DNA of 64,000 nt from Spirochaetia bacterium. GTDB taxonomy: Bacteria > Spirochaetota > Spirochaetia > SZUA-6 > Bin103. Shown piece by piece: positions 9,737 to 18,996 of this stretch (position 1 is its first letter; the number at the start of each line of letters is the position of its first letter). The notes beneath the pieces are model-generated. The model ran no database searches. It saw only the letters and a list, made by a program, of their open reading frames with translations, and was not told the origin of the DNA. The translations under genes and the position numbers were made by a program. The stretch lies in NCBI GenBank assembly GCA_965203055.1, contig OZ241863.1:4000001-4064000 (forward strand), written 5' to 3'.

Positions 9737-10423
9737 ATGGCAATGAAGAGAAAGGACGGGCTGGCGGCCAAGGTCCGGTTCGTCGTGGAGTTGACCGCCG
9801 CGCGCAGCGTCACTCCGGCCGGCGCCGTCAAGAAGCTGCAGGAGCAATATCCCGAAAGCAAGCCCAGCTACCTGCGCACCGTGGTCTACGCCCACGCCCG
9901 GAAGGCCGGGGCGCGATTCGCCGAGACCCCTGCGGCGGCGCCGGAGCGGCATGGCCGTCCCCGCGCCGGCACCTGTTTCCGGCGGGTATGGGACCTTGCC
10001 GATCAGATAACCCAAGAGCAGGGCCGGCGCGCCACCCGGCGCGAAGTGCGGGAGCGCTACGAGGGCGAGGGCGGGCGCGGCGCCACCGCCGGCGCCGCGT
10101 ATCAATCCTGGAACAAGGCGCGGGAGGAGTCGTCCGCCGGGCACGCGCCGCCCCGCAGCCTCGAGCCGCGGCAGCTCGCGGTCACCGCCGACGGGCGCTG
10201 CGTGATCCCCCGTGAGCTGCGCGCCGCGATGCGCCTGCAGCCGGGAGACCGCGTGATCGCGCGCCTCGAGGCGGGTGAGCTGCGGCTGGTGTCGCCGGCG
10301 GTCGCCGTGGAGCAGGTGCAGGCCAGAATGCGCAAGTACGGCGCCGCCGGAGAAGGAGCCGCCGGGGAAGGAGTCGTGGACCGGTTCCTGGCGGAACGGC
10401 GCGCGCTCTGGGGCGAAGAGTGA
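9737..10423 (+). CDS. AbrB/MazE/SpoVT-family antitoxin with long N-terminal extension
   Basis: C-terminal DGRCVIPRELRAAMRLQPGD swapped-hairpin motif and a VVDRFLAERR tail; GTGA overlap with vapC. Confidence 0.85.
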   Translation: MAMKRKDGLAAKVRFVVELTAARSVTPAGAVKKLQEQYPESKPSYLRTVVYAHARKAGARFAETPAAAPERHGRPRAGTCFRRVWDLADQITQEQGRRATRREVRERYEGEGGRGATAGAAYQSWNKAREESSAGHAPPRSLEPRQLAVTADGRCVIPRELRAAMRLQPGDRVIARLEAGELRLVSPAVAVEQVQARMRKYGAAGEGAAGEGVVDRFLAERRALWGEE

Positions 10424-10800
10424 GCACCGTGTTCGACAGCTCCGCGCTGCTTGCCGTCGTCTTCCGGGAGCGCGGGTCCGAGGCCGCGGCGCGGGCCCTG
10501 AACGGCGCCATGATCTCGGCGGTAAACGCCGCCGAGGTGGTCTCCCGGTTGGTGGATTCGGGCACCGGCGCCGCCGCCGCGCGGGCGGTCCTCCTGGCGT
10601 TCGGCCTGACGATCCGGCCATTCGACGCGGCGCTGGCAATCGACGCCGGCCTGCTGCGGGCGGCGACCCGCGAACTCGGCCTGTCGCTCGGCGACCGGGC
10701 GTGCATGGCGCTGGCGCGGCGCGAGCGGGCCAGAGTGATTACCGCCGATCGATCGTGGGCGGCGCTCGATCTCGGGGTCGAAATAGCGCTGATCCGCTAG
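10420..10800 (+). CDS. vapC: VapC (PIN domain) toxin
   Basis: VFDSSALLA, ISAVNAAEV, LSLGDRACMALA and VITADRSW. Confidence 0.93.
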   Translation: MSTVFDSSALLAVVFRERGSEAAARALNGAMISAVNAAEVVSRLVDSGTGAAAARAVLLAFGLTIRPFDAALAIDAGLLRAATRELGLSLGDRACMALARRERARVITADRSWAALDLGVEIALIR

Positions 10801-10888
10801 CCGGAACGAACGCCGCAATTCCGCGCCGCGGCCGGTTGCCGCCGGCGCAGGGCGGTTCGTAACTTGCCGCCGCCGGAGGTCGGGACTG

Positions 10889-13162
10889 ATGGCGACGAGG
10901 ACTGCTGGCGAAGAAGGGGGGCTGACCCCGCGGCGGCTCCGCGCGGCGCAGCGCAGCTTCACGCTGTTCGCGTTCCTCAACATGATCTCCTTCCAGTTGC
11001 TCACCGGCAACGTCATTGCGCTGTACGCGCTCCGGCTGGACGCCGGCGAACCGCTGATCGGCGTGCTCTACTCCTTCATGCCCCTGGCGTACCTGCTGCC
11101 GCTGCTCGGCCGGGCGGTCGTGCGGCGCATGGGGACGGTGCGCACCATGGCGGTGTTCTGGATCCTGCGCCAGCTCCTGATGGTGCCGCTCCTGTTCGCG
11201 CCGCTGGCCGCGGCCCGCGGCCGGCCCGAGATCGGCATCTGGCTGATCGTCGTCAGCGTGGTCGGCTTCAACCTGGCGCGCGGCATCGCCATGACCAGCT
11301 TCAACGCCGTCGTCGGCGCCATCACCGCGCCCGCCGAACGCGGTTCGTTTCTGGCGCGCGTCCAGCTCGTCTCCCACCTGGGAGCGATCGCCGCCGGGCT
11401 GGCCATGGGTCTCCTGCTGCAGCAGCGGTCGCCGCTGTTCCTGTTCACGCTGGTACTGAGCCTCGGCGTCGTCACCGGCCTGCTGGCCGCCCGCGAGTTG
11501 TTTCGCCTGCCGGAGCCGGCGGCGCTGGCCCCCCGCGGCAGCTTCGGGCCGGCGCTGCGCGACGCGTTCCGCCGCCGCGGCTTCCCGCGCTTCCTCGTGG
11601 TGCTGGCGCTCAACAGCTTCGTGACCGCCATGGCGCTGCCGTTCCTGCTGGTCTACGTGAAGCGGGTTCACGGGCTGGGCGACAACACCGCCATCCTGCT
11701 CGCCGCGGTGGGCTCGGTCGGCGCCATCGTCATGGCGCTGGTGAGCAGCTTCGTCATCGACCGGGTAGGCGCCTCGCCGCTGCTGCCGCTGTTCAACATC
11801 GTGGTGACGGTCACCATGCTGCTGGTAGTGGCGGCGCCGCCGCTGGCCGGCCCGGGCGCGGCCTGGATCTATCTGGGCGCCATCTTCTTCTTCGCCACGT
11901 TCGCGGCGTTCGGCACCGAAAACACGCACAGCGTCTACTACCTGAGCCTGATCCGGGCGGAGGAACGCCTGAACCTGGGCATCTTCGACCTGGTGGTGAT
12001 CGGCCTCGGCGCCATGCTGGGGTCGCTCGCCGGCGGCGCGGCGCTGGGCCGCCTGGCCTCGCTGCCGGCTCTGGAAACGGCCGACGCGTACCGCATCTAC
12101 TACGGCGCCATGGTGGTGGCCTATACCGTCATCCTGCTGCTCACCATGCGGCTGGACCGGTTGGGCGCCGTCTCGTTTCCCAACGTGCTGGGCATCTTCG
12201 TGTCGCCCCGGCAACTGCGGGCGCTGGCGCTGCTCCACCGGCTCAAGGCCAGCCGCACCCCGGCAGCCGCCGAGTACCTGATCCAGCGCCTCGGCGAGGT
12301 GCGCTCCGACCTGGCGGCGCCGGACCTGCTGCGGGGGCTGCGTTCGCCGCGCTTCACGGTGCGCTCGGAGGCGCTCGACGCGCTGTCGGAGGTGCCGTTG
12401 AACGACGCGGCGCGGGCGGCGCTGATCGCCGAGGTCGAGGAGCAGCCGTTCACCACCGCCTACCAGGCGGCCGAGCTGATCGGGCGCCGGGAGATGCGCG
12501 AGGCGGTGCCGGCGCTGCGCCGCGGCCTGGAGTCGGACGACGTGTTCCTGGCCGGCAAGTGCATGGTGGCGCTGGCGCGCCTGGGAGACGAGGCCAGCCT
12601 GGCGACCGTCGAACGGATGTATCAGGAGACCGGCAACCCGCGCCTGCTGATCCACGGCGCGGCGGCGCTGGAACTGTTCGGGCGGCCCGCCTCGCTGGCC
12701 ATCCTGCTGGGGCCGCTGGAACGCAACCCCACGCCCTTCGCGCGGGACGAGATCATCCTGGCCGCGGCCGGCATCCTGCGCATCGCCGATACCTTCTATC
12801 CGCTCTATCAGGAGTTCCTGGCCGAGCCGCGGCACGGGCTGGCGCTGCTTTCCGACTTCCTGGAGGAACGGCAGGAGCTGCAGCCGCGCGCCGCGGCCGC
12901 ACCGGCGGGGCACGCCGAAGTCACGGCCCTGGCGCGGCTGGTCGACGCTCCCGGCGCGTTCCCGGAGGCGGCGGAACGCGCCCTGGCGGCGACGCCGGTG
13001 GCGGTCGAGGGGACCGACCTGAGCGCCGTGCTGCGGGAGGCGCTGGCGCGGCCGCGCACCGGCGCGCTGGCGCAGTTCCGGTTCCTCGTCGCCACCGCGG
13101 CGGCGTGCTTCACGTGGCCGGCCCGCCCGCGCAGCCGGCGCCGCCCGCAGCCGCCGGGCTGA
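10889..13162 (+). CDS. MFS transporter fused to C-terminal HEAT repeats
   Basis: About 12 hydrophobic helices over the first ~430 aa, then HEAT-like repeats (SPRFTVRSEALDAL, AVPALRRGLESDDVFL). Confidence 0.8.
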   Translation: MATRTAGEEGGLTPRRLRAAQRSFTLFAFLNMISFQLLTGNVIALYALRLDAGEPLIGVLYSFMPLAYLLPLLGRAVVRRMGTVRTMAVFWILRQLLMVPLLFAPLAAARGRPEIGIWLIVVSVVGFNLARGIAMTSFNAVVGAITAPAERGSFLARVQLVSHLGAIAAGLAMGLLLQQRSPLFLFTLVLSLGVVTGLLAARELFRLPEPAALAPRGSFGPALRDAFRRRGFPRFLVVLALNSFVTAMALPFLLVYVKRVHGLGDNTAILLAAVGSVGAIVMALVSSFVIDRVGASPLLPLFNIVVTVTMLLVVAAPPLAGPGAAWIYLGAIFFFATFAAFGTENTHSVYYLSLIRAEERLNLGIFDLVVIGLGAMLGSLAGGAALGRLASLPALETADAYRIYYGAMVVAYTVILLLTMRLDRLGAVSFPNVLGIFVSPRQLRALALLHRLKASRTPAAAEYLIQRLGEVRSDLAAPDLLRGLRSPRFTVRSEALDALSEVPLNDAARAALIAEVEEQPFTTAYQAAELIGRREMREAVPALRRGLESDDVFLAGKCMVALARLGDEASLATVERMYQETGNPRLLIHGAAALELFGRPASLAILLGPLERNPTPFARDEIILAAAGILRIADTFYPLYQEFLAEPRHGLALLSDFLEERQELQPRAAAAPAGHAEVTALARLVDAPGAFPEAAERALAATPVAVEGTDLSAVLREALARPRTGALAQFRFLVATAAACFTWPARPRSRRRPQPPG

Positions 13163-13269
13163 ACCGCTGCCGTCCGCCCGGCGCCGCCCGCCGGAGTCGG
13201 TTTGACAGCGGTCGCACGGTGTCGCTACCTTCTGTCGGCAGCGCTACTTTTGAAAAAGAAACGGAGGAA

Positions 13270-14604
13270 ATGCGCATGAATCGAGCACGCATACTGCTCG
13301 CCCTGGCGGCACTCTGCTGGTTCGCCGCCGCGCCGCTGTTCGCCACCGGTGAGGAGGAAGCGGCGACCGCTTCCGCCGCCGCGGACAACCCCTGGACCGA
13401 TGGTCAGGACCTGTCGGGGGCCGCGGTCAACGTCTTCGGCGCCTTCGTCGACGTGGACGCGGAACGGTTCGACGCGAGCATGGCGCCGTTCGAGGAACAG
13501 ACCGGCATCGACATCGTCTACGAAGGCTCCGGCGACTTCGAATCGCTGGTGGTGATCCGCGCCGAGGGCGGCGATCCGCCCGACATCGCGGCCTTCCCGC
13601 AGCCCGGCTTGATGGCCGACCTGGTGCGGCGCGGGTACATCACCGACCTGTCGGAGTCGTTCAGCATGGAGGACCTGCAGCGGCAGTACTCCGACGCCTG
13701 GATCGACCTGTCGCGCGTCGACGACGTGATCGCCGGGGTCTGGTACCGGGCCTCGTTGAAGAGCCTGGTCTGGTACGCGAAACCGGTGTTCGAGGCCAAC
13801 GGCTACGCCGTCCCCGAGACCTGGGACGAGCTGATCGCGCTCTCCGAGCGGATGGTCAGCGACGGCTACGTTCCCTGGTCGATCGGCATCGAGAGCTCCG
13901 GGGCGACCGGCTGGGTGGCCACCGACTGGATCGAGGACATCCTGCTGCGCACGGCGACGCCGGAGCAGTACGACGCCTGGACGCGCGGCGAGTTGCCGTT
14001 CGATTCACCGGAAGTGCGCCGCGCGATCGAGATCATGAGCGGCATCTGGTTCCGCGACGACTTCGTCCTGGGCGGCCGCAGCGCGATTCTGACCGTGCCG
14101 TTCGGCGACGCGGCGACGCCGCTGGTGCAGGATCCGCCGCGCGCCCTGATGCACCGCCAAGCCACCTTCATCGCCGGCTTCCTGCCGGAGAGCGCCCAGG
14201 AGCGGATCGGCGAGGTGATCGACGTCTTCTACCTGCCGCCGATCGATGCCGAGGAAGGCCGCGCGGCGCTCGGCGCCGGCGACATCTTCAGCGCCTTCAA
14301 CGACGATCCGGCGACCCTGGCGGTGATGCGCTGGCTGGCCTCCGGCGAGTCCACCCGCGTGTGGGCCGGATTCGGCGGCTTCGTGGCGCCGCACAAAGAT
14401 GCCAAAATCGAGTGGCACGGTTCCTACGTCGACCAGAAGGCGGCGGAGATCATCCAGAACGCCGACACCTTCCGCTTCGACGGCTCGGACCTGATGCCGG
14501 GGGTGGTGGGCGCCGGCACCTTCTGGACCGGCATGGTCGACTACGTCAGCGGCGAAGAGCTGGGGTCGGTACTCGGCAAGATCGACGCCTCATTCCCGCG
14601 CTGA
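13270..14604 (+). CDS. aglE: sugar (alpha-glucoside-type) ABC transporter substrate-binding protein
   Basis: GGAGG RBS, signal peptide, PPDIAAFPQPG, ATGWVATDWIED and FRFDGSDLMPG. Confidence 0.85.
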   Translation: MRMNRARILLALAALCWFAAAPLFATGEEEAATASAAADNPWTDGQDLSGAAVNVFGAFVDVDAERFDASMAPFEEQTGIDIVYEGSGDFESLVVIRAEGGDPPDIAAFPQPGLMADLVRRGYITDLSESFSMEDLQRQYSDAWIDLSRVDDVIAGVWYRASLKSLVWYAKPVFEANGYAVPETWDELIALSERMVSDGYVPWSIGIESSGATGWVATDWIEDILLRTATPEQYDAWTRGELPFDSPEVRRAIEIMSGIWFRDDFVLGGRSAILTVPFGDAATPLVQDPPRALMHRQATFIAGFLPESAQERIGEVIDVFYLPPIDAEEGRAALGAGDIFSAFNDDPATLAVMRWLASGESTRVWAGFGGFVAPHKDAKIEWHGSYVDQKAAEIIQNADTFRFDGSDLMPGVVGAGTFWTGMVDYVSGEELGSVLGKIDASFPR

Positions 14605-14698
14605 CGGAGGAGTTGCAACCCGCGCCTCGGACGCCGCCCGTTGCGGTGAACGCCTGACGGCCGGCGTCCGGGGCGCCTTCCCATGATGGCTGAGCGCG

Positions 14699-15811
14699 AT
14701 GGCTGAGCGAGCACGGGCCTCGCCGGTTCCGATCCTGCCGCTGCTGCGCGCCGCCGCGCTGTTCGGCGGCGTATCGGCGCTCATTCTCCTGGCCTTCCTG
14801 TTCATGCGGGACAGCCGGGCTCCGACCGCGCTGATCGCCGCGGTGGCCCTGATCATCGGCATCGGCGGGGTCTGGGGGATGTTCTACGCCGGCAACGGCG
14901 TGGTGGACGCCCTGCCGCGGCGCCTGCGGGACGCGGCCCGCCCCTGGCTGTTCGTGGGCCCCGCGATTCTCATCGCCGGTATCTACATCGTCTTCCCGGC
15001 GGTGCGCACGATCTGGATCAGCTTCTTCGACCGCACCTCGCGCCTGTTCGTGGGGTTGGCGAATTACGCCTTCATCTTCACCGACCCGGAGATGCTGCTG
15101 GTGCTCCGCAACACCCTGTTCTGGGTCCTGCTGGTGCCGTTCTTCTCGGTGGTGCTGGGACTGCTGATCGCGGTTCTGATCGACCGCCTCGGCCGGGTGG
15201 TGGAGCGGATCATCAAGGCGCTGATCTTCCTGCCGATGGCGATATCGTTCGTCGGCGCCAGCGTGATCTGGCGCTTCGTCTACTACTTCCAGCCGGCCGG
15301 CTACGAACAGGTCGGCCTGCTGAACGCCATCGTCACCGCCCTCGGCGGCGAGCCGCAGGCGTGGCTCACCCAAATTCCCTGGAATGCGCTCGGCGTCCCG
15401 TGGATGAACAACCTGTTCCTGATCTTCATCATGATCTGGCTGCAGACCGGATTCGCCATGGTGATCCTGTCGGCCGCGGTCAAGGGCGTGCCGCGGGAGC
15501 TGCTGGAGGCCGCCAGCATCGACGGCGCGGGCGAGATCCGGGTCTTCTTCCGCATCACCATCCCGCAGATCAGGGGGACGGTGCTCACCGTGTCCACCAC
15601 CATCCTGTTCCTGGTGCTGAAGATCTTCGACGTGGTGTTCGTCATGACCAGCGGCAACTTCGACACCGACGTGGTGGCGTCGCGCATGTACGCCGAGGCA
15701 TTTCGCTTCTTCGACTTCGGGCGTGGCAGCGCGCTGGCGGTGTTGCTGTTCATCATCGTCATCCCCTTCATGTTCCGCACCGTACGGCGCATGCGCAGGG
15801 AATCGGCATGA
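14699..15811 (+). CDS. aglF: sugar ABC transporter permease
   Basis: FLPMAISFVGASVIW and the EAA loop LLEAASIDGA. Confidence 0.85.
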   Translation: MAERARASPVPILPLLRAAALFGGVSALILLAFLFMRDSRAPTALIAAVALIIGIGGVWGMFYAGNGVVDALPRRLRDAARPWLFVGPAILIAGIYIVFPAVRTIWISFFDRTSRLFVGLANYAFIFTDPEMLLVLRNTLFWVLLVPFFSVVLGLLIAVLIDRLGRVVERIIKALIFLPMAISFVGASVIWRFVYYFQPAGYEQVGLLNAIVTALGGEPQAWLTQIPWNALGVPWMNNLFLIFIMIWLQTGFAMVILSAAVKGVPRELLEAASIDGAGEIRVFFRITIPQIRGTVLTVSTTILFLVLKIFDVVFVMTSGNFDTDVVASRMYAEAFRFFDFGRGSALAVLLFIIVIPFMFRTVRRMRRESA

Positions 15812-16653
15812 CGCCGGCGCGGCTGATCATCCGGGTATTCCTGGGTGGGCTGGTGATCATCTGGACCGCGCCCACGCTCGGGCTGCTGGTGAGCTCGTTC
15901 CGCGTTGCGGAGGCGGTCGCGAGCACCGGCTGGTGGACGGCGCTGGTGGAACCGTTCGCGTCCGGACAGTGGACCCTGCGCAATTACGAGCGGGTGATCC
16001 TGGCCGACAACATGGGCAACGCCTTCCTGAACAGCCTGCTGGTGACGCTCCCTTCCACGGTGATCCCGATCACGATCGCCGCGTTCGCTGCCTACGCGCT
16101 CGCCTGGATCGACTTTCCGGGGCGTCACCTGATCTTCATCGTCATCGTCAGCCTGTTGATCGTCCCGCTGCAGATGGCGCTGATCCCGGTGCTGCGGCTC
16201 TACACCGGCCTGCGGCTGAACGGCACCTTTCTCGGTATCTGGCTCGCGCATACCGGATTCGGCCTGCCGCTTGCCACCTACCTGCTGTACGGATACATCG
16301 CCACCTCCATCTCGGGGGAGATCATCGAGTCGGCGCATACCGACGGCGCGACCCCCTGGGTGATCTTCACGCGGCTCGTGCTGCCGCTCGCCACCCCGGT
16401 GGTGGCGTCGTTCGCGATCTTTCAGTTCCTCTGGGTGTGGAACGATCTGCTGGTGGCGCTGGTGTTCCTGGGAACCAAGGCGGAACGGGCGCTGGTCACC
16501 ACCCGGCTCGCCGAACTGGTCGGCTCCCGCGGGCAGGATTGGCACGTGCTGACTTCCGGCGCATTCGTGACCATGGTGATGCCGCTGATCATCTTCTTCT
16601 CGCTGCAGCGCTACTTCGTGCGCGGGATGATGGCCGGATCGGTCAAAGGGTAG
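15808..16653 (+). CDS. aglG: carbohydrate ABC transporter permease
   Basis: ATGA overlap; VPLQMALIP, FQFLWVWNDLLVAL and LQRYFVRGMMAGSVKG. Confidence 0.88.
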   Translation: MTPARLIIRVFLGGLVIIWTAPTLGLLVSSFRVAEAVASTGWWTALVEPFASGQWTLRNYERVILADNMGNAFLNSLLVTLPSTVIPITIAAFAAYALAWIDFPGRHLIFIVIVSLLIVPLQMALIPVLRLYTGLRLNGTFLGIWLAHTGFGLPLATYLLYGYIATSISGEIIESAHTDGATPWVIFTRLVLPLATPVVASFAIFQFLWVWNDLLVALVFLGTKAERALVTTRLAELVGSRGQDWHVLTSGAFVTMVMPLIIFFSLQRYFVRGMMAGSVKG

Positions 16654-16706
16654 CGGCCTCTCGCCGGCGCCGGGGATTCGGCAATGCGGTATGATTGGCA
16701 GCAGCC

Positions 16707-18029
16707 ATGAGTCACACCGAACCTCTGCGTGCAGCCGCGCCGCCGCGGCTTGCCATCTTCCTGGCGGCCGCGTGCCTGCTGTTGCTGGGGTGCACCGCAT
16801 CCATGCCGGCGCAGGACCCTGCGCCGGCTGCGCCGGACCCCGCGGACCCTGCGCCGGCTGCGCCGGACCCCGCGGCCCCTGCGCCGGCTGCGCCGGACCC
16901 CGCGGCCCCTGCCGGCGCGCCCAACCACATCGCCGAGCTCGCGGCCGCGGTCGAGATCTGCCGGGTGCCCAATCCGCATCACCCCGACTCCGCGTTCGAC
17001 GTCACCAAGTCCTCAAAGGACCGCCATGGCGACTACTACATGACGTGGCAATGCCGGGAACCGTGTGACGACTGGCGCCAGTGCCACGTAGAGGCGCGCG
17101 CCAAGCGCGGCACCGTGCGCCGGGCGCTGGCGTTCGTGGTCGACGGCATGGGCGGCCACGTGGCCTACACCACCAGCCAGCGCGGCGACCGGACGCTGCT
17201 GCTGCACGGCGGCATGGGCGGCACCAACTACCTGCAGCCCCTGGCCGAAGCGATCGAGCGGAATTCGGACGCCGGCACCGTCATGGTGCGCTGGGAGCCG
17301 GGCTTCGAGCGGGTCTGGGGCTGGTTCACCCGCACCTCGGCGGCAGCGTCGGGGATGCCGGCGGCCAACAAGCGCGTCGCCAGCGTCATCGCCTGGGTGC
17401 ACGAGCACCTGGCCGGGCCCGGCGAGTTCGGCACCGTCGGCTGCAGCATGGGCACGGTGGCCACGTTCGGCGCCGTCTACTGGCACGACGTGGACGAGGT
17501 GGTGGACTACCAACTGTTCAGCGGCGGCCCCGCCCTGTGGGACATCAACGCCGGCTGCGGCCTGCGCACCTACTCCGAGGGCCGGTGCGACGTGGACGCC
17601 GGCGTCACCTGCAGCACCGACGCCGACTGCAGCCAACTCGGGCCGGGCAGCCGCTGCGACGTGCCCCGTCCGATACCGCCGTTCCGGTTGTACCGGCAGG
17701 TGGTCAATCACGTGCACGCCACGCCGGCCTGCGCCATTCCGGGCGACGGCGAAGACTTCATCCCCTACGCCCCCTTCGACCGGAGCAGCTTCGCCTTCAG
17801 CGGCGGCGACTGGGACCTCGACCATCCGGTGGACTTCGCCATGGACGTGCGCGGCGGCGACGGGGACGAGAACTGGGCGTTGGGAGACACGATGCGCGTG
17901 TTCGAAGACATCCGGTCGGCGGCCGGACATGACAAGCGCTGGCACGCCACCGTCAACTCCAACCACTGCGCGGCGCTGTTCGACGGCACCGCGCTGGAGA
18001 TGATCCTGGAGCGCATGGACCTGCGCTGA
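16707..18029 (+). CDS. secreted lipoprotein with putative alpha/beta-hydrolase core and Cys-rich insert
   Basis: Lipobox-like LLLGC, Pro/Ala repeat linker, LLLHGG, VGCSMG and a C-terminal His (NHC). Confidence 0.6.
   Translation: MSHTEPLRAAAPPRLAIFLAAACLLLLGCTASMPAQDPAPAAPDPADPAPAAPDPAAPAPAAPDPAAPAGAPNHIAELAAAVEICRVPNPHHPDSAFDVTKSSKDRHGDYYMTWQCREPCDDWRQCHVEARAKRGTVRRALAFVVDGMGGHVAYTTSQRGDRTLLLHGGMGGTNYLQPLAEAIERNSDAGTVMVRWEPGFERVWGWFTRTSAAASGMPAANKRVASVIAWVHEHLAGPGEFGTVGCSMGTVATFGAVYWHDVDEVVDYQLFSGGPALWDINAGCGLRTYSEGRCDVDAGVTCSTDADCSQLGPGSRCDVPRPIPPFRLYRQVVNHVHATPACAIPGDGEDFIPYAPFDRSSFAFSGGDWDLDHPVDFAMDVRGGDGDENWALGDTMRVFEDIRSAAGHDKRWHATVNSNHCAALFDGTALEMILERMDLR
16814..16912 (+). repeat. 30-bp coding tandem repeat, about 3.3 copies
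   Basis: GG(A/C)CCCTGCGCCGGCTGCGCCGGACCCCGC at 16814, 16844 and 16874, with a partial copy at 16904. Confidence 0.9.
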
Positions 18030-18046
18030 GCGCCCGGCAGGCGTCC

Positions 18047-18991
18047 ATGACCTTCAACACGACCAACACCACCTTTCGCCAGTTGATGGGCAACGGGCTG
18101 AGCTATCGCGTGCCGCCGTTTCAGCGCGACTACTCCTGGGGACCCGACGAGTGGGACGACCTGTGGAACGACCTCGCGGAGCCGGCCCACTACCTGGGGT
18201 ACTTGGTACTGCAATCGACCGACAACCGGACGTTCGCGATCATCGACGGACAGCAGCGCATGACCACGCTCAGCCTGCTGATGCTGGCCGCGGTGGCGCA
18301 CCTCACCGAACTGGCCGCTCCGGACACCGCCGACGACCCGGAACTGCGGCGCGCCGCGCAGCTGCGCGCCAACTACCTGGGTTACCTCGACCCGGTGAGC
18401 CTGGTGCCGCGCTCCAAGCTGACGCTCAACCGCAACGACGACCGCTTCTACCAGGACTACCTGGTGCCGCTCGAACGCCTGCCGCAGCGGGGATTGAATC
18501 ACCACCTCGGCGGAGCGGCGGACACGATCAGGGAACTGCGCAGCGTCTACCCTGACGACGGCGAGTTCCGGGCGGCCTTCGCCGACAAGGAGCTGCGCAC
18601 CACCAGCAGCCGCAACCGCAAGGTGGCGCGGTATCTGCTGTTCCGGCTGGAACGCCACGTATCAGGAGAGGACTTCGACTTCGAGAGCGCGCAGTACGAC
18701 CTGGAGCACGTGCTGCCGGAGTGGCCCGGCGAAGCCTGGGAGCAGTTCGACGACCGGCAGCGCGAATCGTTCACCTACCGGCTCGGCAACCTCACGCTGC
18801 TGGCCGCGGCCGACAACCGCGCCGCGGGAAACGCCGACTTCGCCGCAAAGCGCCCCACCTACGGCGACAGCCGATTCGCCGTTACGCGCAAGATCGCGGG
18901 AGATTACGATGCCTGGACCGTCGACAAGATCGCCTCCCGGCAGCGCTGGATGGCGCGCCAGGCGACCAGCATCTGGCGCCTGGACTTCTGA
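18047..18991 (+). CDS. DUF262 + DUF1524 (GmrSD-like, HNH) protein, internally shortened
   Basis: VPPFQRDYSW, IIDGQQR, DLEHVLP and LGNLTLL; only 314 aa and no FxxxN motif seen. Confidence 0.82.
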   Translation: MTFNTTNTTFRQLMGNGLSYRVPPFQRDYSWGPDEWDDLWNDLAEPAHYLGYLVLQSTDNRTFAIIDGQQRMTTLSLLMLAAVAHLTELAAPDTADDPELRRAAQLRANYLGYLDPVSLVPRSKLTLNRNDDRFYQDYLVPLERLPQRGLNHHLGGAADTIRELRSVYPDDGEFRAAFADKELRTTSSRNRKVARYLLFRLERHVSGEDFDFESAQYDLEHVLPEWPGEAWEQFDDRQRESFTYRLGNLTLLAAADNRAAGNADFAAKRPTYGDSRFAVTRKIAGDYDAWTVDKIASRQRWMARQATSIWRLDF

Positions 18992-18996
18992 ATCCG

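Noticed and set aside
10864..14604. 1246-aa ORF suggesting a giant fusion with the sugar-binding protein
   Set aside because: The first ~800 aa are an Arg/Gly/Pro-rich shadow frame over the MFS gene; the real start is at 13270 with an RBS and signal peptide.
16814..16912. 30-bp repeats as a CRISPR array
   Set aside because: Contiguous tandem copies without unique spacers, in frame within a CDS, and no cas genes nearby.
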